Shown here: positions 1-9,659 of the stretch, piece after piece
Layout: each line of letters starts with the position of its first letter
Position numbering within the stretch: position 1 is the first letter of the stretch
From: a virus
Taxonomy: Duplodnaviria; Caudoviricetes
Virus record (IMG/VR): IMGVR_UViG_3300027653_000313
Coordinates: 1 to 34,145 of that record
Length of the DNA stretch: 34,145 bases
Strand: one strand, 5' to 3'
Notes under the pieces: model-generated
Database searches by the model: none
Told to the model about the DNA's origin: nothing
What the model saw: the letters and a program-made list of their open reading frames with translations, nothing else
Translations under genes and position numbers: made by a program

Positions 1-1036
1 TTATATCATACTGTTGAGTTTTATAGCGTGCTGCGATTCCCTCATTACCAACCGTGTATTGAGCATCAATAATGTTGCCTTCCCAATCGAATGTTTCATC
101 AATTTCAACTACTCTAACCTGCTGATTTTGCTTTAAATCGGTAACATATAAAAATACCCTGTCACCTTCCTCGAATTGCATTTCTGGATATCCGTTATTA
201 GTTAAATCCACAGCAGTAATTGTGGTGGATGTTGGGGCGCTATTTTCTATTTGTTTTTTAATAGCGTCCTTTAAATTACTTTCATGTTTATAGGATCCAT
301 CCCTAATTGCAGGACCTTCAATCCATCCATACTTTTCTACTAATGCTGGTATATGTTCTTCAACCTCAATTTTGTAGTCGGCATCTTCCTCGTTATCATC
401 TTTATCACCAAATCCACGCGCCCATGTGTGGAACCCGGAAGCATCAACCTCGATCGATACATCTTGGATGTTCAAATCCTCATGTAGAATAACGTCCTTG
501 TCGGAGCCGACCAGACCATGTATATAGGCTGACTTTCCTTGTATCTTATATTCACCTTTAAATCTGTCAACGCCATATAGGAAACGCTCTGTTTTACTTT
601 GGTTGGCTTGGTAATTTAGTGTATTGGCAAGTAGATTATCTACAAGTACATAACTGTATCCAGTGTCTTCAAAAAGATCACGGAAAAAGTTAGCAGGTGT
701 CATTGATTTGTCCTCTACTTCGTCCTGCAAGTAATGACCGTTCATGTCCACAAAGAATGATAGAACCGCATCTACACCTACGGAAAAAGCGTTGCCGTCG
801 AGTGCATATAATGGTCCGATAATCGTGTACCATTCACCTTTGAATAAGATTTTCCAACCAAATTCAATATCATGGATAAAATCTTGGTTTATTTCATCAT
901 ACAAAAAAGACAGCGATATTTCTCGCTGCCCGTTAACTCGTTTTTTTCTATTCACTTCCGCGATTGCAGGATATTCTTTGCCTTTTAAATCTAATACGAA
1001 TAATGATGGTTGTCCGTTTATTGTAATCACCTCCAT
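1..1036 (-). CDS. Prophage tail endopeptidase/Tal-like baseplate hub protein (3' end runs off the window)
   Basis: Not in the ORF track because it has no stop in the window. Manual translation gives (MEV)ITINGQPSLFVLDLKGKEYPAIAEVNRKKRVNGQREISLSF...HEDLNIQDVSIEVDASGFHTWARGFG...GNEGIAARYKTQQYDI, typical of Prophage_tail proteins. Start codon uncertain (ATG 1036, GTG 1030, or ATA 1021 after GGAGGTGA). Confidence 0.8.
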   Translation of the reverse strand, partial: MEVITINGQPSLFVLDLKGKEYPAIAEVNRKKRVNGQREISLSFLYDEINQDFIHDIEFGWKILFKGEWYTIIGPLYALDGNAFSVGVDAVLSFFVDMNGHYLQDEVEDKSMTPANFFRDLFEDTGYSYVLVDNLLANTLNYQANQSKTERFLYGVDRFKGEYKIQGKSAYIHGLVGSDKDVILHEDLNIQDVSIEVDASGFHTWARGFGDKDDNEEDADYKIEVEEHIPALVEKYGWIEGPAIRDGSYKHESNLKDAIKKQIENSAPTSTTITAVDLTNNGYPEMQFEEGDRVFLYVTDLKQNQQVRVVEIDETFDWEGNIIDAQYTVGNEGIAARYKTQQYDI

Positions 1037-1070
1037 AAGAAAAGACCGACTAAATTAATAGTCAGTCTTT
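1037..1070 (-). terminator. Intrinsic terminator-like hairpin after the wzy-like gene
   Basis: 12-bp stem 1041-1052/1059-1070 (mRNA AAAGACUGACUA...UAGUCGGUCUUU) followed by a U-rich tail. Confidence 0.7.
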
Positions 1071-1088
1071 AAGATTTCTGAATTATAT

Positions 1089-2324
1089 TCATTTGTTCGT
1101 CTTATGTTCCAAAGACGTAATTACTTTCTTTTTATCATTGAACAATGGGTATATATATAACAATGCTAAAAACGTAAATATCATTCTGTTATCATTAATA
1201 TCGCCAGTTGTGTTTGCATTTAAGAATGTGTACATAAACATCAGGAGAGCACATACTTGTAAATAATTGGATTTAAAAACGTTGTTTAGAAAGAAAGGCA
1301 TAGTCAGCAATGCGACAAACAATATTAATCCTACTAATCCCAACTCCGACATTACTTCTAATATGATGTTGTGAGGATAGTATCTTTCGTCTATGCCATT
1401 ATAATGTATTGCATAACTCCCCAACCCATCCCCAAAGATAGGGTTATCTTTCCAGACATTATAAGCTAATGAAAACCGATCAGTTCTTTGAGAATATGAT
1501 CCAGCTCCACTACCATCAAACAAATTTCCTAGTCTAGTTATCATTGTTTGTATAGACTCTGAAAAAGGTATCATCAGTAAAGGTATTGGAACTAACGAAA
1601 AGGCTACCCTCATGGCACCCTTATTTATTAAAACGTCATCCTGTGTAACTTTAAATGTTTTTATTAATAGAAATGTAACTAAAGCGACACCTAAAGAAAC
1701 TAAAGCCATTCTTGAACCTGTTAGAAAGAGAACCAAAATCAATATAGCCAGCCCAACTAAAGAAGACATTTTCTTAACTCTAGAAACTTCCGCATTAAAT
1801 AGGTATAGCATTATAATCACTATTGATCCCAAAGCTGCCGTTCTACCTAACCCCAAAGAATTAGCACCTTCTACTCCGATCCTCATGAAATCACCCACAT
1901 TGGAAGATGCGAAGTAGTCAAACAAGACATATACAGACGTAGCAACTGAGATGCTCATAAAGCCTTTTAAAAATTTATGCAAAGATGCCTTGCTATTAAT
2001 TAATAGAAACGCTCCAACAAAAGACCAAAGAGTCAAACTTAAAAGTATTAATACTTTCTCTGTACTGTAGACTACGCTTGGCGAGTACATTAGGCTTATC
2101 AATGCCATCATCACAAAACCGAGAATTAATAATACCGGTAAAACAACTTTTTTAGATATATAAGGTTTTAAAAATAATCGTTTTAAAGCAATAAACACTG
2201 TCAGTGCAAAAAATACAATATTTAAATCTACTGGTATATCAGGCAAAGCACTCTTAAAAACATTCGCTAATAAAAATGCTGCAAATAAAAACTCCCCACT
2301 TAACAAGAACCTAAATAATTTCAA
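1089..2324 (-). CDS. Wzy/O-antigen ligase family polysaccharide polymerase (multi-pass membrane protein)
   Basis: About 10-12 hydrophobic segments, the LTGSR motif, and the Wzy_C-like NPIFGDGLGSY...YYPHNIILEVMSELGLVGL. Likely start is TTG at 2324, 8 nt after GGAGG. Confidence 0.85.
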   Translation of the reverse strand: MKLFRFLLSGEFLFAAFLLANVFKSALPDIPVDLNIVFFALTVFIALKRLFLKPYISKKVVLPVLLILGFVMMALISLMYSPSVVYSTEKVLILLSLTLWSFVGAFLLINSKASLHKFLKGFMSISVATSVYVLFDYFASSNVGDFMRIGVEGANSLGLGRTAALGSIVIIMLYLFNAEVSRVKKMSSLVGLAILILVLFLTGSRMALVSLGVALVTFLLIKTFKVTQDDVLINKGAMRVAFSLVPIPLLMIPFSESIQTMITRLGNLFDGSGAGSYSQRTDRFSLAYNVWKDNPIFGDGLGSYAIHYNGIDERYYPHNIILEVMSELGLVGLILFVALLTMPFFLNNVFKSNYLQVCALLMFMYTFLNANTTGDINDNRMIFTFLALLYIYPLFNDKKKVITSLEHKTNK

Positions 2325-2361
2325 TTTATAAACCTCCACGAAATCATTGATAACTTGTTTA

Positions 2362-2396
2362 AGTTTACTATATTAGTCTTATTAAGTGAATAGCAA
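2362..2396 (-). promoter_or_regulatory. Putative sigma-A promoter of the wzy-like gene
   Basis: TTCACT-17-TAAACT (2390-2362) or TTGCTA-18-TATAGT (2396-2367) in the intergenic gap. Confidence 0.45.
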
Positions 2397-2410
2397 ATCC
2401 CCTTGTCCTT

Positions 2411-3883
2411 TTATATTTTTTTCCACTCAGGTTTTTTTAGTTTCAGCGCGTTATCCTCCGTCCCTGTCAAACCAACCGCTAGATAGCCCTCATCATCAAC
2501 GCCTGATATATGAGACACCCCAACAAAACCTGTTTCTGATGTGGGAAAATCGGCGGATGTCCAAATTGAATAAAAGTTAATACCGTCTTTCGTCGCCCAT
2601 ACAGTAGCTTTCCTTCGTATATTTGAATGGTGTTGTATATATCCGAAATATGCAGAACCATCACCGTTGTGATCGACGAATCCTATTGTACCAAACGATT
2701 CCGAACCGGGGTTTTCTCTGACAATAGTAAAAGCTGGCTCTAAAATCATACGTGAAATCGAATTAACTCCAACCGCGTTTCTTTTCCATCTATAAACCGA
2801 ATCATGCCTATTATCACTGGTGAATAAAACACAATCTGCCATTGGAAATATTCCAGTGAATTGATTTGGACATTCTCCGTAATCATACACGTACCGCCAG
2901 TTCCTACCAAAATCATCACTTACTATAACATTTGAGTTTTCTAGATTGTCGCCTGTCACTATCCAAACTAACTCTTCATAAGGGTCTAAAGCAATATCGT
3001 GTACGTGAAAATCAGTTCTAACTTCTTCCTCAAAGATCATTTCCCAATTTAATCCGTAATCATTACTCATGAATGCTCTGCGCGGTGGGTCTTCGCCATC
3101 CTTGTTTCCATACTCAACAATAAAAACATAATTTTCGAATACATCAGTTCCTAAACTTTCAGCTAAATTTACGTCAGGAGATATGAGAGAAAGTGTTTCT
3201 GTAAAATTGCTTTCATTTACATCGCTTTTATAAACTTTTCCATTCTTGGTTATTAATAGCAAAGTATCATCATCCAAGAATTTTATTTGCGCTGCCCTAT
3301 CTTCTCCTACTTGATGCAGAGCTTCCCAATTATCTCCATAATCGGCACTTTTTTGAAAAGCATTTCCCGTCACCCCATACCAAGTACCGTCTTTTTTAAC
3401 GGTTGTCGGTCTTGTTGCAGACGTACTTTTACCTATGCGCGAATCTGGTCTTATTTGTTTTGGTCTGTAATTGGTCGTTTCCACAAATGTCCCGTCAACT
3501 CTTTCAGTCAATGGAGTGATTCTCACAGTTGCGCTTCCTGTTCCAAAAGGCAGAGATAAACCCAATCTAAAATAACTCCATGCATCTACGTCTACAACAA
3601 ACTCGCTTGGGTGGTGGATAAAGTCAAATTCGGTTTTAGTATTGACATCCCTTGCCGTTGCGTTAACCCAATTTTCACCGTCAAAACTTACTTGCGGTAA
3701 TAAGTTCCCTCTCACCATTTTCTCTACCGCTATATAAACAGTTGCATATTCTTTTATATCTATTGAATTTCCTACAAAATCTGAATCCCGCTCATTGTAA
3801 AGTTCTATAATCTCTTTATCATTTCTTTTTAATTTATCTTTTATCTCTCTTGTATTGCCTAGTATGGAGTTCATATTACCCAC
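2411..3883 (-). CDS. BNR/Asp-box beta-propeller protein (sialidase/glycosyl-hydrolase-like); probable receptor-binding protein or depolymerase
   Basis: Repeated Asp-boxes KSADYGDNW, MSNDYGLNW, VSDDFGRNW, ATKDGINF; located in the tail module. Confidence 0.7.
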   Translation of the reverse strand: MGNMNSILGNTREIKDKLKRNDKEIIELYNERDSDFVGNSIDIKEYATVYIAVEKMVRGNLLPQVSFDGENWVNATARDVNTKTEFDFIHHPSEFVVDVDAWSYFRLGLSLPFGTGSATVRITPLTERVDGTFVETTNYRPKQIRPDSRIGKSTSATRPTTVKKDGTWYGVTGNAFQKSADYGDNWEALHQVGEDRAAQIKFLDDDTLLLITKNGKVYKSDVNESNFTETLSLISPDVNLAESLGTDVFENYVFIVEYGNKDGEDPPRRAFMSNDYGLNWEMIFEEEVRTDFHVHDIALDPYEELVWIVTGDNLENSNVIVSDDFGRNWRYVYDYGECPNQFTGIFPMADCVLFTSDNRHDSVYRWKRNAVGVNSISRMILEPAFTIVRENPGSESFGTIGFVDHNGDGSAYFGYIQHHSNIRRKATVWATKDGINFYSIWTSADFPTSETGFVGVSHISGVDDEGYLAVGLTGTEDNALKLKKPEWKKI

Positions 3884-4355
3884 CTCTCGTATAACTTAAT
3901 ATTGCAGTTAAATTACCTTGCGAGGGGATTTCATCCGTTGATACACCTATTCGCACTGTATTTAAACTGGCCTTTAAAACGGGATACTGGTCTTCCGTTA
4001 CAATGTTGTATCCGCGGTGAATATACCTCGAAGGAACCTCAATTTTATAATCTTCCATATCCAATGTTCTTGTAGAGGCAGTGTGCCTATTTAAGCCGTC
4101 TGGACGCAATTGCATTTCTAAGAAAACAGGTAAATTATGATCGTTCATAACATAAAGTGTAAAATCCTTTCCTCCTGACACGTTAATATCTTCCGAAAAA
4201 ACTGTTGCCGTTGACGTGATTGTTAGTATGTCAAATAAAAGAACTTGTTCTGTCTTCCTTCTAGCAATTTCTACCCTACCATCCTCGTCAGTTCTTATTG
4301 GTTTTGCTAAACCATTATCGCTACGGCCACCAACTCTTAAAAATTTGTCCGCCAT
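3876..4355 (-). CDS. Beta-rich tail adsorption/adaptor protein
   Basis: 159 aa, translationally coupled to both neighbours; alternating hydrophobic beta-strand pattern. Confidence 0.55.
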   Translation of the reverse strand: MADKFLRVGGRSDNGLAKPIRTDEDGRVEIARRKTEQVLLFDILTITSTATVFSEDINVSGGKDFTLYVMNDHNLPVFLEMQLRPDGLNRHTASTRTLDMEDYKIEVPSRYIHRGYNIVTEDQYPVLKASLNTVRIGVSTDEIPSQGNLTAILSYTRGG

Positions 4356-4952
4356 TTAAACCACCTCCCAAGGTTCATCTTCTACCGTCATTATCGAGGC
4401 AAGACCGTCTGCTTGATAAGCCCCTGCATCTTCCCATTTCGTGCCATTCCAAAAATAAACGTGTGATGCATTTGAATCATTTTCTAATACAAGAAATACG
4501 CCTTCCGTACCACTAGGATATTCCGTTTCTAATGCTTCTAATGTCGCAAATGTTCCTTGTGGCGCACCACTTACAATATTCGAAATAAGCATATCAACGT
4601 AATCGTATGTCGTTTTATCCGCCAAAGACGCACTAAGTCTGCTATCAACTTCATTGATTGCGGTCGGGTCAATGTCTTGTATTTCTCTCCAAATTGAACC
4701 ATCGAAACGATAAATCTTACCATCATCCCTTGTCATTCTTGTTTCGCTATTAGAAGCATCGGAAGGTAAATCACCGAATGTATCTACTGGCTCTCCCCAA
4801 TTTATCTTTGCCGAATCCACTACTTTGTCGAACGCTTTTTCTGTTACCGTATCGACTACGTTACCGAATTCATCATATAATTCCTTAAAATTACTGTTCA
4901 TTTTGTTCAATTCATTATCATTAAAAATAGCTTTTATTTCTTTTCTAGCCAT
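4356..4952 (-). CDS. Tail fibre/tailspike N-terminal anchor-type protein
   Basis: NSNFKELY...W.EPV.TF.DLP...DGKIYRFDGS.W.EIQ resembles the virion-anchoring N-terminus of Bacillaceae prophage tailspikes; follows Dit. Confidence 0.6.
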   Translation of the reverse strand: MARKEIKAIFNDNELNKMNSNFKELYDEFGNVVDTVTEKAFDKVVDSAKINWGEPVDTFGDLPSDASNSETRMTRDDGKIYRFDGSIWREIQDIDPTAINEVDSRLSASLADKTTYDYVDMLISNIVSGAPQGTFATLEALETEYPSGTEGVFLVLENDSNASHVYFWNGTKWEDAGAYQADGLASIMTVEDEPWEVV

Positions 4953-4966
4953 CGGCTCACATCCTT

Positions 4967-5851
4967 TTAGTAATACTTAAATCTAAAATCAAAAGTTATT
5001 TTATACTGAGATAACCCAGAGACTTTAAATTTATTGATGCCTTCTTTTATGATTGGATAATATCTGTTTGTTCGCTCCATAATAGTAGTCTTATTTAATC
5101 TGACATCGTGACCATTAAATATAATCATGTCACCAGACTTTAGCGTCCAGTCGCTGTTCTTGCTTGGATTGTATTCCCATTTACTACCCGTAGAATCATA
5201 CAACATAAAGCTGGTGACGCTTTCGTTTATCTCAATTTTTATTTCACAATTATTTTTTTCCTGTATCGTTTTCAATGGAATACCAGCGTTATAAATATTA
5301 AACTCACTGACATTTTCATATTGATAAATTAGGTTATCTGGTGATACATCAATACCCATACCAAACGACCAATGGCCATTAGCAGGAATACCCCTGTGGT
5401 TGTGTAAGTCCATTGATTTAAAACGGCTCACCCAGTAAGGATGTCCGTCTAATTGCAATGGAATGTCCACAAAGGCATACGTCTGTAAGTTATCGGGTCT
5501 TTCGGGAGTATATTGTTCCACAACTCTAACTTTCATTAGCTTGTTACCCTGTTGTGATTCAGTTACATAAAATGCACCCAATGAACGAAAAAACGCAAAG
5601 ACTCGGTCACGTTTCAACCTGTAGTCTGTTGCGTTCATTGCCTTAATTCTTACGCTTATACTCATATCCCTGTCATCATCCCGAACGCCTGTCGTAATTT
5701 TACCAGGACGTCCGGGTATGGTGCGTTCTGTGACCTCTTGACTAATGGAAGACACAATTAAATCCAGTCCTCGTAAGCCATATCCTAGATCATCCACAGG
5801 CAGAGGTACTGGATTAAAGTTTAAATCATATATTTTAAAGTAATTATTCAC
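4967..5851 (-). CDS. Distal tail protein (Dit, Sipho_tail family)
   Basis: 294 aa directly after the tape measure gene; ERTIPGRPG near the N-terminus, and C-terminal GINKFKV...ITFDFRFKYY. Confidence 0.85.
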   Translation of the reverse strand: MNNYFKIYDLNFNPVPLPVDDLGYGLRGLDLIVSSISQEVTERTIPGRPGKITTGVRDDDRDMSISVRIKAMNATDYRLKRDRVFAFFRSLGAFYVTESQQGNKLMKVRVVEQYTPERPDNLQTYAFVDIPLQLDGHPYWVSRFKSMDLHNHRGIPANGHWSFGMGIDVSPDNLIYQYENVSEFNIYNAGIPLKTIQEKNNCEIKIEINESVTSFMLYDSTGSKWEYNPSKNSDWTLKSGDMIIFNGHDVRLNKTTIMERTNRYYPIIKEGINKFKVSGLSQYKITFDFRFKYY

Positions 5852-5853
5852 TC

Positions 5854-8800
5854 TTAAGCACCTCCTGGTTTGCCCGTGAATATGCCGTGGTTGATGGAAG
5901 CTTTGGTATCTCTTTTATCGTAAGATCGTTTAATATCGCCCTCTGATATAACTGGTTTATCTTCAATATTACGACTGGACACAACCAATTCCGTAAGCAA
6001 CTGCACTTGTTGTGTGAGTTTGTCAATGACAGTTTCTAAATGCTTGTTATCATTGTTATTATTACTGCTCGCCCTTTGACGGGATTGCTTATTCCCCTTC
6101 TCAATATCCTTACCGACAAGCGCTAATAGCTTCATAACCTCGGTACGGCGTGCGGGCTGATTAAACTCTTTCGGGATGACTGCCTCACCTTTGTGGAGAT
6201 ATGCAGGGCCATCTTCCGGAACATAGTTTGTACCTCGCTTATATTTACGTCCACCTCTTGGACCCCAACCTCTTGTTCCATATGGTAAGTCTCGTTTCCA
6301 AGTTCTGTTGTTGAAAAATGCTAACAGCTGATCAAAACCGGAAAATATATTATTATGACCAGGCATTTTGTAAGCAGCGAACGTCTGTGGAATATATTGC
6401 AATAATCCTTTAGCAGGGTTTCCTGCTGCTGTATTAACATCCCACACGGCAGATGATTGAGTGATTTTCTCATTACCGCCCGACTCTCGGTTGATTTGAG
6501 CGATAATTCCATTCACATGTCTGCTAGTGATAGACTCGTTCATTCTTGCCGCTGCCTTACGAATGCTAGGACCCCATGCTTTCGCTCCACCTGACGTAGG
6601 CCCTGCAACGCTTTCCAGTTCATCGTCTTGCGTTTTCTTAATGAATCCGACAGCTTTATCTTTAACGTAATTAAATCCGCCTTTAGTCATCTCGCCAATT
6701 GCAGCAGGGAAGCTCGGAATTTCTACACCCATTGCTTTTAGTCCTGCGTCTAACAAGGCTTTTGGTGCATCGTTATAAATATCTAATCCCGAGCCTATTC
6801 CGGATGCTGCTTTCCCTAGCGCTCTGTTAGTTTTAGAATCGGAATATTTCATAGCTTCTCCGCCTAGGTTTAAGGCTTTGGCTACGTCTTTGAAGTTTAT
6901 ACCCCATGCATACTGTGGAGTTAAAGCTTCTCTTGTTTCGGTTGCCGACCATACTTGGGTGCCCTTTGGCATGTTTGGTATTAGTGTCGGCTTTGCAGGA
7001 CTTAGTGAGAAGTTTCCTTTCGGGTCTCTGATTAACTCAGACCCTTTATTACTTCCCTTACCGTCACCCACAATGGCACTGCCACCTGGATGTGTTCCGC
7101 GAGTTCCTTTAGCATACCAATTTAAAGTATTAGCAGGATTCCACTTACCTAACTTTTTGTCCGAACCAAATTTACTCAATACCCAGTCCACAGCAGTTAT
7201 AACGCCATTGACACCTGACTTTATTCCGTCAACCATTTTACGACCAATTGACAACATGCCTTCTTTTACCTTGCTAGCTCCGTCAATAATTCCTTTTTTC
7301 ATATTCCCTGGCATATCCTTGACCTTCTGGATCATGTCAGAAACATAACCGAACACGTTATCTTTAATATTTTTAAATGTTGTAGTGACGCTATTTTTAA
7401 ATCCAGTAAACTTTTTAATCGCCCAGTTAACACCGGACTTAATCGGATTAACTATAAAATCCTTCGTTTTATTCCACACGCTTTTAGTCATATCGCGTAT
7501 TCCAGTGAAAATAGAAGTTGTTTTATTTTTCATGGTAGTAAAGCTATTCTTTACAAATTCAACTAGGAATTTTATGACATTGGTGAAGATACCACGTATG
7601 CCTGTCCACATCTTAGAAAACATATTCCCGAACAACTTAGCAAACCCCGTCAACCCTTTTAGTAGTTTTCCAAAGAATGAGAGTTGTACGAAATTCCATA
7701 GAAACTGGATCGCTCCGGAAAAGATATCTTTGATTCCTTCCCACATTTTAGAAAAGTCACCAGTGAATAATCCTGAGAATGTTTTAATCAATCCCATGAT
7801 TATCTTTAGACCACCATCAATAACGCCTTGGATATTTTTCCATACCATTTTGACAATTTCTAACACGGCAAGAAAAGTTAAATCAAATATACCTTTTATA
7901 ATCGGTAGCGTGAATTTAACTGCTGCTAAAATGCCGTCTAGTACAGGTTTAGTTACCTTCCAAATACCACCAAATACATTGGAAAATGCATCCAAAAATT
8001 GTGATCCTTCACTGTCCCAGAATGATGTCATTTCCGAAATTTTGTCCCGGAAAAAGTCTACTACAAATCCGATTGCTTTTTTGATTGGTGGTACTAATCC
8101 TAGGAATGCATTTTTTAGCTTATCAATCCAACCACGAAATGTATCTGATTTTTTGTAGGCTAGTGTGAATCCTGTTGTAAGTGCCGTTATGGCTGCAACA
8201 GTTATTCCGATGGGTCCTGTGAGTGCGGCAAATCCTGCTTTAAGTAATGGCAACAATCCGCCGAATTTACCGACGACCGTTAAGCCTTTACCGATAATCC
8301 CGATGAACGGACCGAATATTTTCATGACCGTTCCTATAGCAATTGACACAGGTCCTAATGCCGCCGCCATGCCTGCGGTTAACCCGATCGCCTTTTTGGT
8401 TTGTGGGCTTAATTCACGAAACCAATCTACCGCATCTTTTATGGAGTTGCTCACAGTATCAAAAGCATTGCTTATGGTATCTTTAATTTGTGGAATATGA
8501 GCTAAAGTCCAATCCATCATACTTTGGAAACGCGGCATAAGTTCTAACCCTATTTGAGCACCTACCATTGATAAGGATCGTTTTATATCATCCTGAGCAT
8601 CTTGAAATTCTTCTGCCGCGGATAACTGATCCTCACTAATGACAATGCCTAGTTCCTCTGCTTTTTTCCTTGCCTCTTCCATTGATAGAGAGCCATCCTG
8701 TAATGCTGGCATTAAGTTCCTAGATAATTTAGTCCCGAATAATTCAGAGGCTATAGCTGACTTTTGCTGTTCGCTTTCCATTTCTGATAACGATTGAATA

Positions 8801-9627
8801 GATTGAGCCATAGCATCTTCTGTAGAAAGTGTTCCGTCTCTAACTTCATTCATATCAATGCCCAAAGCTTCCAAAGCACTGGAATACTTTTCATTTCCGT
8901 CTGCCGCTCTCCCCATCCTTTGGTTAAGCCTTTCGAGTGCTTTAGTCATATTGTCAGAGGAAATTCCGTTTTGCCCTGCCCAGTAATCCATCTCCTGATA
9001 AAAATCAGTGGAAACACCCATCTTGGTAGCGCCTTTCGCAATAGCATCAGCGCTTTCTGTCACTTTATTCGTTAAAGCAAACAGTGATCCGCCTAACCCT
9101 ATAGCCGCACCGCCTGCGATAGCTGTTACTTTCGTCCACTTCTTTCCGAAAGATTGAATGCCACCGCCGAGTTTAGTTATTTTTTCCCCGTTTTTTTCAA
9201 GGACGTTACCCGTTTTTGTCCAACCAGAATCAGCAATGCGTTGTTGCTTTTGCATTTCCTTCAATTCCTCAGTAGCGCCTTCCACATACCGTTCGAGATT
9301 GTTTAGTGCGGCCGCCTGATTGTTGTAGGCTCGTTCTGCACGCTCCGCTTCAACACTACCGCGCCCATGTTCAGCAACCATTTTTTCATACTCTTTTTTA
9401 GATGCTTGAGTCACTTGTTTTTGTGCATCTAGTTTTTTATTAAGTCCTTCAAGTCTTTTTTCGTATTTACCAACAGACTGGTCAGATCGGTCGAATGCAC
9501 TCATGTTCGACTTCATCTCACTATTTACAGTACGCAAGCGATCTTTTAAACCTGTTAGACCGCGCTCCATTTGGGCTGAATCTAAGTCAAGTCCAATACT
9601 GAGCCCCTCAATTTTCTCCGCCATCAT
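5854..9627 (-). CDS. Tape measure protein with C-terminal lytic transglycosylase (SLT) domain
   Basis: 1257 aa with an N-terminal coiled coil and W/F-periodic repeats; SLT motifs AQINRESGGN and GNPAKGLLQYIPQTF. Confidence 0.95.
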   Translation of the reverse strand: MMAEKIEGLSIGLDLDSAQMERGLTGLKDRLRTVNSEMKSNMSAFDRSDQSVGKYEKRLEGLNKKLDAQKQVTQASKKEYEKMVAEHGRGSVEAERAERAYNNQAAALNNLERYVEGATEELKEMQKQQRIADSGWTKTGNVLEKNGEKITKLGGGIQSFGKKWTKVTAIAGGAAIGLGGSLFALTNKVTESADAIAKGATKMGVSTDFYQEMDYWAGQNGISSDNMTKALERLNQRMGRAADGNEKYSSALEALGIDMNEVRDGTLSTEDAMAQSIQSLSEMESEQQKSAIASELFGTKLSRNLMPALQDGSLSMEEARKKAEELGIVISEDQLSAAEEFQDAQDDIKRSLSMVGAQIGLELMPRFQSMMDWTLAHIPQIKDTISNAFDTVSNSIKDAVDWFRELSPQTKKAIGLTAGMAAALGPVSIAIGTVMKIFGPFIGIIGKGLTVVGKFGGLLPLLKAGFAALTGPIGITVAAITALTTGFTLAYKKSDTFRGWIDKLKNAFLGLVPPIKKAIGFVVDFFRDKISEMTSFWDSEGSQFLDAFSNVFGGIWKVTKPVLDGILAAVKFTLPIIKGIFDLTFLAVLEIVKMVWKNIQGVIDGGLKIIMGLIKTFSGLFTGDFSKMWEGIKDIFSGAIQFLWNFVQLSFFGKLLKGLTGFAKLFGNMFSKMWTGIRGIFTNVIKFLVEFVKNSFTTMKNKTTSIFTGIRDMTKSVWNKTKDFIVNPIKSGVNWAIKKFTGFKNSVTTTFKNIKDNVFGYVSDMIQKVKDMPGNMKKGIIDGASKVKEGMLSIGRKMVDGIKSGVNGVITAVDWVLSKFGSDKKLGKWNPANTLNWYAKGTRGTHPGGSAIVGDGKGSNKGSELIRDPKGNFSLSPAKPTLIPNMPKGTQVWSATETREALTPQYAWGINFKDVAKALNLGGEAMKYSDSKTNRALGKAASGIGSGLDIYNDAPKALLDAGLKAMGVEIPSFPAAIGEMTKGGFNYVKDKAVGFIKKTQDDELESVAGPTSGGAKAWGPSIRKAAARMNESITSRHVNGIIAQINRESGGNEKITQSSAVWDVNTAAGNPAKGLLQYIPQTFAAYKMPGHNNIFSGFDQLLAFFNNRTWKRDLPYGTRGWGPRGGRKYKRGTNYVPEDGPAYLHKGEAVIPKEFNQPARRTEVMKLLALVGKDIEKGNKQSRQRASSNNNNDNKHLETVIDKLTQQVQLLTELVVSSRNIEDKPVISEGDIKRSYDKRDTKASINHGIFTGKPGGA

Positions 9628-9659
9628 TTACCTCCTTTCTGTAAGTTTCTTTAGAATAT

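Noticed and set aside
2340-2410. Small inhibitor peptide of the host polymerase (Iap-like) next to the wzy-like gene
   Set aside because: No suitable hydrophobic small ORF with an RBS in the flanking gaps.
6878-8500. Long plus-strand ORFs (156, 257 and 111 aa) opposite the tape measure gene
   Set aside because: Antisense shadows of a biased-codon gene, with no RBS or recognisable motifs. The same applies to most other plus-strand track ORFs (e.g. 12759-13271, 17072-17440).
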